A stretch of 52,949 nt of DNA from Parcubacteria group bacterium (GTDB lineage: Bacteria > Patescibacteriota > Minisyncoccia > Phycocordibacterales > DATDWN01). Below, piece after piece: positions 1 through 8,051 of this stretch. Position numbers and translations under genes: made by a program. A model generated the notes under the pieces. The model ran no database searches and was not told the DNA's origin. It saw only the letters and a list, made by a program, of their open reading frames with translations. The stretch's first letter is position 1, and each line of letters opens with the position of its first letter. The stretch covers positions 1 through 52,949 of the forward strand of contig JBCLGS010000003.1 of NCBI GenBank assembly GCA_039740895.1. Direction: 5' to 3'.

Positions 1-47
1 CCTTCCGGTATAAGCGGAATGCTCTAAACCAACTGAGCTAAGGGCGG
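1..47 (-). tRNA. tRNA-Ile (anticodon UAU), 5' part only; truncated by window edge
   Basis: Reverse complement reads CCGCCCT-TA-GCTC-AGTTGGTTTA-GAGC-A-TTCCG-CTTATAC-CGGAA-GG. The D arm and anticodon arm are canonical and the 7-nt loop CU-UAU-AC gives anticodon UAU. The 3' half lies outside the window. Confidence 0.7.
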
Positions 48-103
48 ATATAAACTGACAAAACAATATTATCATATTGTTATTAAAAATCCATTTTCAT
101 TTA

Positions 104-355
104 TCAATACAATTCACTATGAGTACCCACTTCCATAAAAATACTATTATTCGACTCTTGTTTATAGATTATTCTTATGTCCCCAGTAACATCAATACTT
201 CTACACCCATCGTATTTTCCATGTAACAAATGATTTCTTAGTCTTGAATCAAAAGAGTTATTGTCAAAAATTTTAATAGCAGTATTAACTTTTTCTCGAA
301 TTTTTAAGTCCAGTTTTTTGTATTTCTTCTTAAATTTTGGGTGGTAGAAATTCAT
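104..355 (-). CDS. type II toxin, RelE/YafQ family mRNA interferase
   Basis: 83 aa. LRNHLLHGKYDGCRSIDVTGDIRIIYK...VGTHSELY matches the RelE/YafQ signature. It overlaps the upstream antitoxin ORF by 4 nt. Confidence 0.8.
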   Translation of the reverse strand: MNFYHPKFKKKYKKLDLKIREKVNTAIKIFDNNSFDSRLRNHLLHGKYDGCRSIDVTGDIRIIYKQESNNSIFMEVGTHSELY

Positions 356-624
356 GAATTAAGAGATGTGATCATTTCCTTTGTGGTCTTAAATGGTCCA
401 ACTAAATTCCTCCCTGCTTTTATATCAGCTAATATTTTATTCAATTCCCTCTCGGTTTTTTTATTAAACTTTGGCTCAACAGAAACTGACAACTCCTGAT
501 TATTAACGAAATCTCTCAATTGAGCATTTATAACAGCACTTAAAGAAAGCCCCAATTTCTCAGCAGTTTTTTGAGCTTGCTCTTTTATTTTTTTATCTGT
601 TCTTATGTGTATTAAAGTATTCAT
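352..624 (-). CDS. type II antitoxin, DinJ/RelB family
   Basis: 90 aa. N-terminal MNTLIHIRTDKKIKEQAQKTAEKLGLSLSAVINAQLRDFV looks like a ribbon-helix-helix DinJ/RelB fold. It is translationally coupled to the toxin. Confidence 0.75.
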   Translation of the reverse strand: MNTLIHIRTDKKIKEQAQKTAEKLGLSLSAVINAQLRDFVNNQELSVSVEPKFNKKTERELNKILADIKAGRNLVGPFKTTKEMITSLNS

Positions 625-641
625 ATTTTTTATATTTTATT

Positions 642-675
642 ATGTATACACAGAGTATATACAATGTATATTATA
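642..675. promoter_or_regulatory. candidate TA operator (clustered short palindromes)
   Basis: TGTATACA, GTATATAC and TGTATATT lie within 35 nt directly upstream of the antitoxin start. This layout is typical of autoregulated TA promoters. Inference only. Confidence 0.3.
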
Positions 676-683
676 AAGTCAAT

Positions 684-712
684 AAAAAAATAGACTGGTG
701 GGAGGCCAGTCT
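684..712 (-). terminator. rho-independent terminator of the 68-aa ORF
   Basis: Stem AGACTGG / CCAGTCT (692-698 / 706-712) with a 7-nt loop, followed on the minus strand by a run of 7 T. Confidence 0.7.
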
Positions 713-733
713 ATTTCTACGGCGCCCTATGAG

Positions 734-940
734 CTAGTGACGCACATTTTCGAAAATATCGCTGGAAAGAGGTCTGGCAATCAAAGGGGTGGGTTTCAGG
801 ATGAAGGGTTCGAGACTTATCCTCGTACCACATACTGAGCAAACTGCTTGGATACCCCTTCCTTCAATATACTTATCGATCATCTCTCCCCCACACTTAA
901 CAAGTTCACAATCAACAAACCTCCGAGAACGACAATTCAT
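734..940 (-). CDS. small Cys-rich protein, possible zinc ribbon (GC-elevated islet F)
   Basis: 68 aa containing a CSVCG motif and three more Cys. SD GAGGTG lies 4 nt before the ATG and the ORF has its own terminator. Local G+C is visibly above the flanks. Confidence 0.55.
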   Translation of the reverse strand: MNCRSRRFVDCELVKCGGEMIDKYIEGRGIQAVCSVCGTRISLEPFILKPTPLIARPLSSDIFENVRH

Positions 941-982
941 AAAATCACCTCTTCCAAAAGAATACTACTTTTTTAATTAAAA

Positions 983-1015
983 GTAAAACCCCAAAGATAA
1001 TCCTTGGGGTTTTAC
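983..1015 (-). terminator. rho-independent terminator of ftsH
   Basis: 12-bp stem GTAAAACCCCAA / TTGGGGTTTTAC, followed on the minus strand by TTTT. Confidence 0.75.
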
Positions 1016-1028
1016 TTTTTAGACTTTT

Positions 1029-3014
1029 TTAAACTTGGTGTTCAATATCCAACTTCTTTTTTGGTGTAATACCATGAGCAACTAAAATAGTTTCAAATTC
1101 TGCTCGCTCGATTGTTTCTTTTTCAATAAGCCGTTTTGCAATAGCATCGAGTAGAACCCGATTTATCGTAATTACTTTCTCTGCCTTGTCATGAGCTTCA
1201 TTCATTATGCGAGAAACCTCTGCATCAATGTCCGCTCCAACTTTTTCTGAATATTCTTTTTCCCCTACTCCACGGCCATACAAAACTTTTCCTCCTTGAC
1301 CTTCAAGTGCAACTGGACCAAGCTTGTCCGACATACCATATTTTGTAACCATGTCTCGAGCCAAAGCAGTAGAGACCTGTAGGTCGTTTGATGGACCAGT
1401 AGTCAAATCATCGAAAAGCATTTTTTCTGTAACATATCCTCCAAGAGAAACGGCAATGTCATCTAAAAATTCTTTCTTCGATTGCATTTTTCTATCTTCA
1501 AGTGGAAGTTTCAAAACATATCCAGCAGCACGACCGCGAGCAATAATTGAGATTTTGTGAACAGGGTCAGCGTATTGCAAGAGTGACGCAAGCACAGCGT
1601 GTCCTGCTTCGTGATATGCAGTAATTTCTTTTTCTTTCTTTGAAAGAATATGACTCTTGCGTTCTGGCCCGAGCATTACCTTCTCAATTGAGCGAATTAG
1701 ATCATATTGAGAAACTTTTGTTCTGTCTTCTCGAGCGGCCAGTATAGCCCCTTCGTTCATCACTGAATAAAGGTCTGCACCAGAAAATCCAGGAGTTCTT
1801 TCTGCAATAACAACTAGATTCACATCTTCAGCAAACGGCTTTGTTTTACTATGAACTTTCAAGATTTCCTCTCGGTCTCCTCTATCTGGCAAGTCCAGTG
1901 TCACTCGTCGGTCAAATCTTCCTGGTCGAAGTAGTGCAGGGTCTAATACATCAGGACGATTTGTTGCAGCCATAACAATAACTTTTTCGTTTGGTTCAAA
2001 ACCATCCATCTCAACTAGAATTTGGTTTAATGTTTGTTCTCTCTCATCGTTTCCTCCACCAGCACCCACACCTCGCACTCTTCCGACGGCATCAATCTCG
2101 TCTACGAAAATAATAGATGGTGAATTTTTCTTAGCCATTTGAAATAGGTCTCGCACTCGTGAAGCACCCACACCGACAAACATTTCCACGAACTCCGAGC
2201 CTGAGATGGAAAAAAACGCTACCTGACTCTCACCCGCAACAGCACGAGCAATTAAAGTTTTTCCTGTGCCCGGTGCCCCCATAAGCAAAATACCTTTTGG
2301 AATTCTGGCACCAATTTCTAGAAACTTTTTAGGATTTTTTAGAAAATCAACAATTTCAGAAAGTTCTTCTTTCGCTTCCTTACAACCAGCAACATCGCTA
2401 AATGTCACTCGTTGAGATTTATCATTCGGATCTATCATTCGAGCTTTTGACTGGCCAAAAGTCATTGCTTGCATTCCAGCACCTTTGATTTGTCGAGTTA
2501 TAAACCAAATGAAAATTAGTATAAAAAGAATTGGAAAAATTATCGGTGCGAGATTTATCAGCCAATATGCAAGACCATTTTCGTTTTGAATATCAATTTT
2601 TACAGGTGCGAGTTCTTCCCTTGTCACACCGTAGTTCACAAAAGTCTGTGAGAGGGCAGTGCCTGGCTCTTTCTTTGAAGTTTTTGTTATTGGTGTAGTG
2701 GATGCGGTGAGCGCCGTAGATGTGGCGGTAGTAGATGAAGCATATGAAATATCTAAATTATCACCCCTGACAATGATTGATATAACCCTTCCAGCCTTAA
2801 TATCTGCAGAAAGTTGTGAGATAGGAATTTCAGGAATCTTTTTTGAAGAGTCTGCTAGAAAAGAATAAACCAGCGAAAGCACAAGAAAAATAACGATGAT
2901 AGAAACAGCATAGCTCAGAATAGAGCTTCCATCTGGTTTATTTCTAGATGGAAGATTGTTTTCTGTCTTTTTTATAATATTTTTTGGTTTTTGGGGTTTT
3001 TCTGGAATATTCAT
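1029..3014 (-). CDS. ftsH: ATP-dependent zinc metalloprotease FtsH
   Basis: 661 aa with two TM segments, Walker A GAPGTGKT, Walker [10 protein letters not shown], and zinc motif HEAGHA. Confidence 0.95.
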   Translation of the reverse strand: MNIPEKPQKPKNIIKKTENNLPSRNKPDGSSILSYAVSIIVIFLVLSLVYSFLADSSKKIPEIPISQLSADIKAGRVISIIVRGDNLDISYASSTTATSTALTASTTPITKTSKKEPGTALSQTFVNYGVTREELAPVKIDIQNENGLAYWLINLAPIIFPILFILIFIWFITRQIKGAGMQAMTFGQSKARMIDPNDKSQRVTFSDVAGCKEAKEELSEIVDFLKNPKKFLEIGARIPKGILLMGAPGTGKTLIARAVAGESQVAFFSISGSEFVEMFVGVGASRVRDLFQMAKKNSPSIIFVDEIDAVGRVRGVGAGGGNDEREQTLNQILVEMDGFEPNEKVIVMAATNRPDVLDPALLRPGRFDRRVTLDLPDRGDREEILKVHSKTKPFAEDVNLVVIAERTPGFSGADLYSVMNEGAILAAREDRTKVSQYDLIRSIEKVMLGPERKSHILSKKEKEITAYHEAGHAVLASLLQYADPVHKISIIARGRAAGYVLKLPLEDRKMQSKKEFLDDIAVSLGGYVTEKMLFDDLTTGPSNDLQVSTALARDMVTKYGMSDKLGPVALEGQGGKVLYGRGVGEKEYSEKVGADIDAEVSRIMNEAHDKAEKVITINRVLLDAIAKRLIEKETIERAEFETILVAHGITPKKKLDIEHQV

Positions 3015-3046
3015 AAGTATGGCTATTATACATAATAGTATGTAAA

Positions 3047-3496
3047 ATGATAGATATGTCTCTAATAACGAATAGAAAAGCTGGATTTAATTACGAAATA
3101 TTAGAAAAATATGTTGCAGGCATAGAGCTTTTTGGCTTTGAAGTGAAATCCCTCAAAGGAAGCCAAGGGTCTCTGGAGGGCGCACATGTCACTATTCGCG
3201 GAGGTGAGGCATATATAGTAGAAATGTTTATCCCGCCATATCAAGTCAATAACACCCCGAAAGAATATGAGCCACGCCGAAACAGAAGACTATTACTGAA
3301 CAAAAAGGAGGTTTTGGAGCTCGAGAAAGCCGAGAAGACCAAAGGATTGACAATCGTCCCACTTTCAGTATATAATAAAGGTTCAAAGTTGAAGCTAGAT
3401 ATCGCTATAGTTAAGGGTAAAAAGAAGTTTGATAAACGTGAGGTGTTGAAAAAGCGTGACACTGAGCGAGATATAGCCAGAGATTTGAGAAATTAG
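3047..3496 (+). CDS. smpB: SsrA-binding protein SmpB
   Basis: 149 aa with GFEVKSLK, RRNRRLLLNKKE and KGKKKFDKRE motifs. It lies next to the tmRNA gene. The start could instead be 3056. Confidence 0.9.
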   Translation: MIDMSLITNRKAGFNYEILEKYVAGIELFGFEVKSLKGSQGSLEGAHVTIRGGEAYIVEMFIPPYQVNNTPKEYEPRRNRRLLLNKKEVLELEKAEKTKGLTIVPLSVYNKGSKLKLDIAIVKGKKKFDKREVLKKRDTERDIARDLRN

Positions 3497-3519
3497 TTTT
3501 TTGACAACAGAACCTGAGT

Positions 3520-3670
3520 CCCGACTTTAAAAGAAGAATTTCGTTGAAGTCATGTCTTTTTTGGAGGCTTCGCAAGCCGGGTAGGCGAGACTTGAGGAAA
3601 ATTTCAACAGAAATTTATCCGTACTCCAAAAAAGATATGACGAAAAAGAAATTCTTCTTTTCAAGTCGGG
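3520..3670. repeat. long imperfect palindrome, family 3 (core TTTTGGAGGCTTCGCAAG.CGGGTAG.CGAGACTTGAGGAA ... ATCCGTACTCCAAAA)
   Basis: Outer arms CCCGACTTTAAAAGAAGAATTTC / GAAATTCTTCTTTTCAAGTCGGG. The core matches 36423-36616. The 3' arm overlaps the first 3 nt of the tmRNA. Confidence 0.8.
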
Positions 3671-4062
3671 GGTGACAGGTTTTGACATAAAGTGTGCGTT
3701 AATTCGCGCAATGCGGAGTTCCGAAAACTCCTTAATAATTTCGGAAACCATACGTGCAAAGAATTCTCTTTCACAGGTAAAATCTCCATACTTCGGTATG
3801 TCAGACTTTGCTTTCGCTCGCGTTTAAGTTTTACTTAAACCCCTGCGGGGTGTGCCATTTTGATATCTGATACGAATGGTTGCATCTTATAACTTCAGGT
3901 CCGGATTATTGTCTGCCTCAGCAGTAATCTCAAAAAATGAGACTCGCCTTTGTTGTGTTTTGTTTATTTTTTAGTAACAAAGTCTAAACATCAAAATATG
4001 CTATGCATTGTAGACCCGTTTTAATCTGCTTTATGGATGCGACTTCGATGTCGCCATCTCCA
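3668..4062 (+). ncRNA. ssrA: tmRNA (ssrA)
   Basis: The 5' end GGGGGTGACAGGTTTTGAC pairs with the 3' strand CATCTCC, giving an acceptor stem with a G3.U70 pair. T arm is GCGAC-TTCGAT-GTCGC, with discriminator A and no encoded CCA. It sits directly downstream of smpB. A tentative tag ORF starts at GCA AAG AAT ... and ends ...GAC TTT GCT TTC GCT CGC GTT TAA (AKNSLSQVKSPYFGMSDFAFARV). Confidence 0.85.
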
Positions 4063-4186
4063 CTCGACTCACCTTTCCCGAAGAAAGGTTCGCTCGTGGC
4101 AAGCCACCTAACACCGCTCTTAATTGAGTGGTGTTTTGCGTATTAAGGTGAGTCGAGTGCCCTGAGCGTAGTCGAAGGGCTGAATT

Positions 4187-4315
4187 GTATTTTTAGAAAA
4201 ATATCAAACTCTTGCAGAAGCTAGACAAAGAGAAATTCAAATCAAAAAATAGCGACGAGATAAGAAGGAAGTATTGATTGAAAAATACAAACTTGGACTA
4301 GAAACAAAATTATAA
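4187..4315 (+). pseudogene. C-terminal fragment of a GIY-YIG (UPF0213-like) nuclease gene
   Basis: Translation is VFLEKYQTLAEARQREIQIKK*RRDKKEVLIEKYKLGLETKL. It matches the usual GIY-YIG small-protein tail (..EA..RE.QiKkWsR.KK..LIE), with TAG where Trp is expected. The N-terminal catalytic half is absent. Confidence 0.45.
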
Positions 4316-4509
4316 AAATAATGATCTCTGTATAGTTATTTTTAGTTTCTAATATTTTATAATGACCTTAATTTAAACTTTATAATCTTTTTAAGAATTA
4401 ACCAACAAAATATTTCCTTTCCACCCATTAATAGATTTATTGTATCCATTATCAAGGAATAGTTTTTTGACACTATCATAGATTTTTTCTTGGTCTTTAA
4501 TTCATCCAT

Positions 4510-4593
4510 CTATTTAATATCAATAATTGTCTTAATTTTTTGTAGTACTTCCTGAATAATAAATTCTGACGCTTCAAAAGCATAACCTTTACT
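4510..4593 (-). pseudogene. MazF/PemK toxin remnant fused behind mazE
   Basis: Immediately after the mazE-like stop, and in the same frame, comes SKGYAFEASEFIIQEVLQKIKTIIDIK*. SKGYAFEA resembles MazF SKGYPFEV (E. coli sequence from memory) and the tail resembles EELQLIKAKINVLI. The N-terminal two thirds of the toxin are missing. Confidence 0.55.
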
Positions 4594-4845
4594 TTACCAT
4601 ATTTCTTTCCCCATAGGTTTACCCCAATCTGTCTCAGGGTGGATGTTCTCTGGAGTAATACCTTTCAATAATTCTTCTAGTGTATATTTAGACTTTTTTG
4701 TTTTAACTTCTGGCTTTACCTCAAAGCTAAAATCCTTACTTATCAAAGTAACTTCGGAGCCAGCTTTCAAATTAAAATTCTTCGCCAACTCTTTTGGTAA
4801 ACGCATAGCTAGACTATTCCCCCACTTTTGAACCTTTGTAATCAT
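4594..4845 (-). CDS. AbrB/MazE/SpoVT family antitoxin
   Basis: 83 aa. MITKVQKWGNSLAMRLPKELAKNFNLKAGSEV is the classic swapped-hairpin MazE/AbrB N-terminus. Confidence 0.8.
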   Translation of the reverse strand: MITKVQKWGNSLAMRLPKELAKNFNLKAGSEVTLISKDFSFEVKPEVKTKKSKYTLEELLKGITPENIHPETDWGKPMGKEIW

Positions 4846-5048
4846 AGGAGAAGTATATACTTTGTAGATACATTAAGCAAGTACCCCTAGGCGTTGCCTA
4901 GGGGTAGAAATAAGGTCTAATTTTGGTATAAGGTATTATAAAACGACATACCTCCCCTCCGGCACATCAAATAGTGAGCAGGGTCTCCAAATAGTGTTCC
5001 AAAATGTTTCTGTTTCTTTCATAATATATTTGCATAACTAGAGCATAC

Positions 5049-6455
5049 CTAAAACTCTTTTTCCAAAATTTTTGGATTTGTTTTGTAGATTTTCAATATC
5101 AGTTCCCCAAACAACGAATTTGTCCAGCCGAACCAAGGTCTGGTGTAATCTTTTGGTTTATCTACATTTACACTTTCGTGCATAAAATAAGTTCCAGCAT
5201 GTGTTTCTTTCAAGATTTTCAGGCAGGAAATTATTTCCTCTTCATTTTCTGTGGTGAGTGCTTGCATAATAGTAGCCATAGGCCAAAAATGATCAACTGT
5301 GCCTGTGTGAGGACTTGTTAGACCGGAAAATTTTCCCTTTGCGTAAAATGGGTTCCATTCACTAAATATAAACTTCTTTGTTGCTATATAAATGGGATCG
5401 TTTATTGAACAGTAACCTAGATATGGCAAACTCAAAAGGCTTGGAACATTTGGGTCATCCATCATACAAACCGAGCCAAAGCCATCAACTTCATAGGCAT
5501 ATATATCGCCAAATTCTTTGTGATTTATAATTCCGTTTTCATTTATTCCCTTATCAATCTGACTGGCGAGTTCAACCGCCAAATCTTTTAATTCCAATTC
5601 TCCAATTTTCTGAAGTATTTTGGAAACTTCCCGAAGACTGACTGAAGCCATGGCATTTGAAGGTATAGAATAAGGAAAAACGGCTTCATCGTCGGACGGA
5701 CGGAAAACACTTCTGACCAAACCACATCTTTTACCGGGATAACCAAAACCTCGCATCCTGACGGCGGGGTGGGGATTTTTGTCTGGGCCATAAAATTGAA
5801 ATAAGTTTTTGAGATTTTCTTTTGAAAGTGTTTTTTGTTCTTTTTGCAAAACTTCTATCAATTTTCTAAACGCCAAGAGCCATATTTTATCAAACGGAGT
5901 CATATCCGAAGTTTGTCCGAAATATCCAGTGGATAATCGCATAAATGCACATAAACTATCCAATTCATATTTTCTCTCCCAAACACCTTTTTGCCAAGCA
6001 TTTCCTTTTTGCCAGCCAGGATTTAATTTTTGTTTCTCATCTACATTAAAAGCATTGGCGTATGGGTCAATTAAAATATTTTTTGACTGTCTGTGAATTA
6101 AACCTATAAACAAATTTTTAATTTTCTTGTCTTGATTTATAAATTGCAAATAAGGCCAAACTTGGTTTGTAGAATCCCGAAGCCACATCGCTGGAATATC
6201 ACCAGTAGAAATATATGTATCTGGTCTGCCATTTTTCTCCGAATAGTGTGTCATTGTGTCAAGCGTGTTTGGTAAACATTGAGAAAACATCCGTTTAATA
6301 TCCTTGTCCTTAATATTTTCTGAAATTTTAACAATTTCCCGATCAATAAAATCACTAACAAATAAACGGTCTTTGACTTTTGGCCGAGATTTGAGGTGCA
6401 TAAATTTATTATCTTTTTTCTTGTTCTTTTTTATCATATAGACATTATACAACAA
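5049..6455 (-). CDS. glycoside hydrolase family 125 (DUF1237, exo-alpha-1,6-mannosidase-like)
   Basis: 468 aa. The motif [19 protein letters not shown] and the length fit GH125. The start could be an internal Met (MIKKNKK). Confidence 0.7.
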   Translation of the reverse strand: MLYNVYMIKKNKKKDNKFMHLKSRPKVKDRLFVSDFIDREIVKISENIKDKDIKRMFSQCLPNTLDTMTHYSEKNGRPDTYISTGDIPAMWLRDSTNQVWPYLQFINQDKKIKNLFIGLIHRQSKNILIDPYANAFNVDEKQKLNPGWQKGNAWQKGVWERKYELDSLCAFMRLSTGYFGQTSDMTPFDKIWLLAFRKLIEVLQKEQKTLSKENLKNLFQFYGPDKNPHPAVRMRGFGYPGKRCGLVRSVFRPSDDEAVFPYSIPSNAMASVSLREVSKILQKIGELELKDLAVELASQIDKGINENGIINHKEFGDIYAYEVDGFGSVCMMDDPNVPSLLSLPYLGYCSINDPIYIATKKFIFSEWNPFYAKGKFSGLTSPHTGTVDHFWPMATIMQALTTENEEEIISCLKILKETHAGTYFMHESVNVDKPKDYTRPWFGWTNSLFGELILKIYKTNPKILEKEF

Positions 6456-6540
6456 TATTCAAGTCATGGAACATATCAAACTGTTGCTTTTTTCTGCAAA
6501 TAGTGCTATATTTTTTCTGTTAATTATAAATAAACGCATG

Positions 6541-6660
6541 GAAATTTCAGATTTGGATGAAATCCGAGGCGGACGATGAAAAATATGAGGAGATGTATCG
6601 AGTATACATTGACGAAAATTTTTCAAGTCCAACGAAGGAGTTCGCCAAATATGGAATTTC
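6541..6660. repeat. long imperfect palindrome, family 2
   Basis: Arms GAAATTTCAGATTTGG / CCAAATATGGAATTTC. It shares the blocks GGATGAAATCCGAG.CGGA and TCCAACGAAGGAGTTCGCCAAAT with 10035-10156. Confidence 0.8.
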
Positions 6661-6669
6661 TCACATAAA

Positions 6670-7179
6670 TTGTCTACATATATAAGAATCAATAATCAAA
6701 TACAGGCACCAGAACTTCGTGTAATCATGGAGGATGGAGACAACTTGGGAGTAATTTCTTTCAAGGAGGCATTGGATAAAGCCCGTGAACTTGGACTTGA
6801 TTTAATTGAAATTTCACCGAAAGCCGAGCCACCAGTTGCAAAAATCATGGATTATGGTAAGTTTCAGTATGCTGAAAACAAAAAGCAAAAGGTAGCAAAA
6901 GCTAAAACTCATATAGTAGAGGTTAAGAATATTCAGGTAAAGGTGGGCACAGGAGATAATGACCTCCAGCTCAAGGCAAAAAAGGCTTCGGAATGGCTAA
7001 AAGAAGGAAATCGCATCAAAATTGATCTCTTTCTACCAGGCAGAACGAAATATATGGATTTGAACTTTTTGAAAGAGAGAATGGACCGAGTTTTGAAGCT
7101 CATCACAGAGGAATTCAAAGTAGCAGACCCTGCGAAGAAAAGTCTAAAGGGACTATCAATTGTAATAGAGAAAGCATAA
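6670..7179 (+). CDS. infC: translation initiation factor IF-3
   Basis: 169 aa containing IRINNQIQAPELRVI and the conserved C-domain. The ORF opens with TTG and has no clear SD. Non-AUG starts are the rule for infC. It is followed by rpmI-rplT. Confidence 0.9.
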   Translation: MSTYIRINNQIQAPELRVIMEDGDNLGVISFKEALDKARELGLDLIEISPKAEPPVAKIMDYGKFQYAENKKQKVAKAKTHIVEVKNIQVKVGTGDNDLQLKAKKASEWLKEGNRIKIDLFLPGRTKYMDLNFLKERMDRVLKLITEEFKVADPAKKSLKGLSIVIEKA

Positions 7180-7303
7180 AAAACTTCCAAATCTAGCACA
7201 TTTCTTCGGTACTCGTTTTGTTTGTTAGAAGCAGTATACTTATACAGCTTCGTCACAAACAAAACTCCGCCCATCGAAATGTATCTAGATTATGAAAGTT
7301 TTT
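7180..7303. repeat. long imperfect palindrome, family 1 (apical GTATACTTATAC)
   Basis: Begins right at the infC stop codon and is about 90% identical to 23663-23784. Arms AAAAACTTCCAAATCTAG... / ...CTAGATTATGAAAGTTTTT. Confidence 0.85.
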
Positions 7304-7317
7304 AATAAATAATTAAT

Positions 7318-7512
7318 ATGTCAACAAAAACAAACAAATCATTCACAAAGCGTCTAAAAGTCAGTAAAAATGGCAAGATTAGAGCGCGCAAGACTGGCCA
7401 AGGACATTTCAATGCAAAGGAATCACGCCGAAGCCAATTGGCAAAGAAGCGAGGAGTCTCTTTTCCAATGAGCAACAAAGACAAAGCTTTTTATATAGGT
7501 AACAAGTTCTAA
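7318..7512 (+). CDS. rpmI: 50S ribosomal protein L35
   Basis: 64 aa and basic, with KRLKVSKNGKIRARKTGQGH. It lies in the infC-rpmI-rplT arrangement. Confidence 0.9.
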   Translation: MSTKTNKSFTKRLKVSKNGKIRARKTGQGHFNAKESRRSQLAKKRGVSFPMSNKDKAFYIGNKF

Positions 7513-7539
7513 TTATTAAACTGAAAATCAAAAACTACC

Positions 7540-7935
7540 ATGACAAGAGTTAAGAAAGGAGTAAATGCTCTAAAAACAAGAAGAAATGTCCTAGCAAAGG
7601 TAAAAGGTTACCGATTTGGACGATCGACAAAAGAGAGGCAGGCAACTGAAGCTATTTTCCATGCAGGTGCTTATGCTTTTGCTCACAGAAAAGACAAGAA
7701 GGGTGATGCACGAAGACTTTGGAATGTTAAAATCTCATACGCTTTGAAAGCTATGGGCGGAGAAAATAAATTGTCGTATAGCAAATTCATTGGTGCAATG
7801 AAGAAAAAAGATATGTTAATTGACCGAAAAATCCTAGCTACTTTCGTTGAAGAAAATCCAGAAACATTTAAGAAAGTTGTAGATATGGCTTTCTCAGCTC
7901 CCGCACCAGCAAAAGCACCCCTAAAAAATTCCTAA
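7540..7935 (+). CDS. rplT: 50S ribosomal protein L20
   Basis: 131 aa containing MTRVKKGVNALKTRRNVLAKVKGYRFGRS and RRLWNVKI. Confidence 0.92.
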   Translation: MTRVKKGVNALKTRRNVLAKVKGYRFGRSTKERQATEAIFHAGAYAFAHRKDKKGDARRLWNVKISYALKAMGGENKLSYSKFIGAMKKKDMLIDRKILATFVEENPETFKKVVDMAFSAPAPAKAPLKNS

Positions 7936-8016
7936 AGAATTTCCGGGCGAACATTTTTGTTAATACAAAAATGTTTTAGCCAGCCAAAGAAAAAGTCCTA
8001 GCATAATATAAATATT

Positions 8017-8049
8017 TAAAAACACCTGCTACTCGGCAGGTGTTTTTTT
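8017..8049. terminator. bidirectional rho-independent terminator
   Basis: Stem CACCTGC / GCAGGTG (8023-8029 / 8036-8042), flanked by an A-run and a 7-T run, between convergent rplT and the MBL gene. Confidence 0.8.
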
Positions 8050-8051
8050 GT

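Noticed and set aside
1324-2868. Antisense ORFs within ftsH (1324-1560, 2659-2868), and many similar 60-120-aa ORFs opposite pnp, rny, cca, nusA, pilB, pgk, uvrD and other long genes.
   Set aside because: All are embedded antisense or out of frame within long, well-supported conserved genes. They have low-complexity translations and no start signals.
3527-3751. 74-aa minus-strand ORF.
   Set aside because: It lies across the family 3 palindrome and the 5' part of the tmRNA gene and has no SD, so it is an artefact of structured non-coding DNA.
4250-4252. In-frame TAG at the conserved Trp position of the GIY-YIG fragment, considered as possible stop-codon recoding.
   Set aside because: The fragment lacks its N-terminal half and has a TGA immediately upstream in frame. 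TAG also terminates normal genes here (ndk and islets A and E). This is a pseudogene, not an alternative genetic code.
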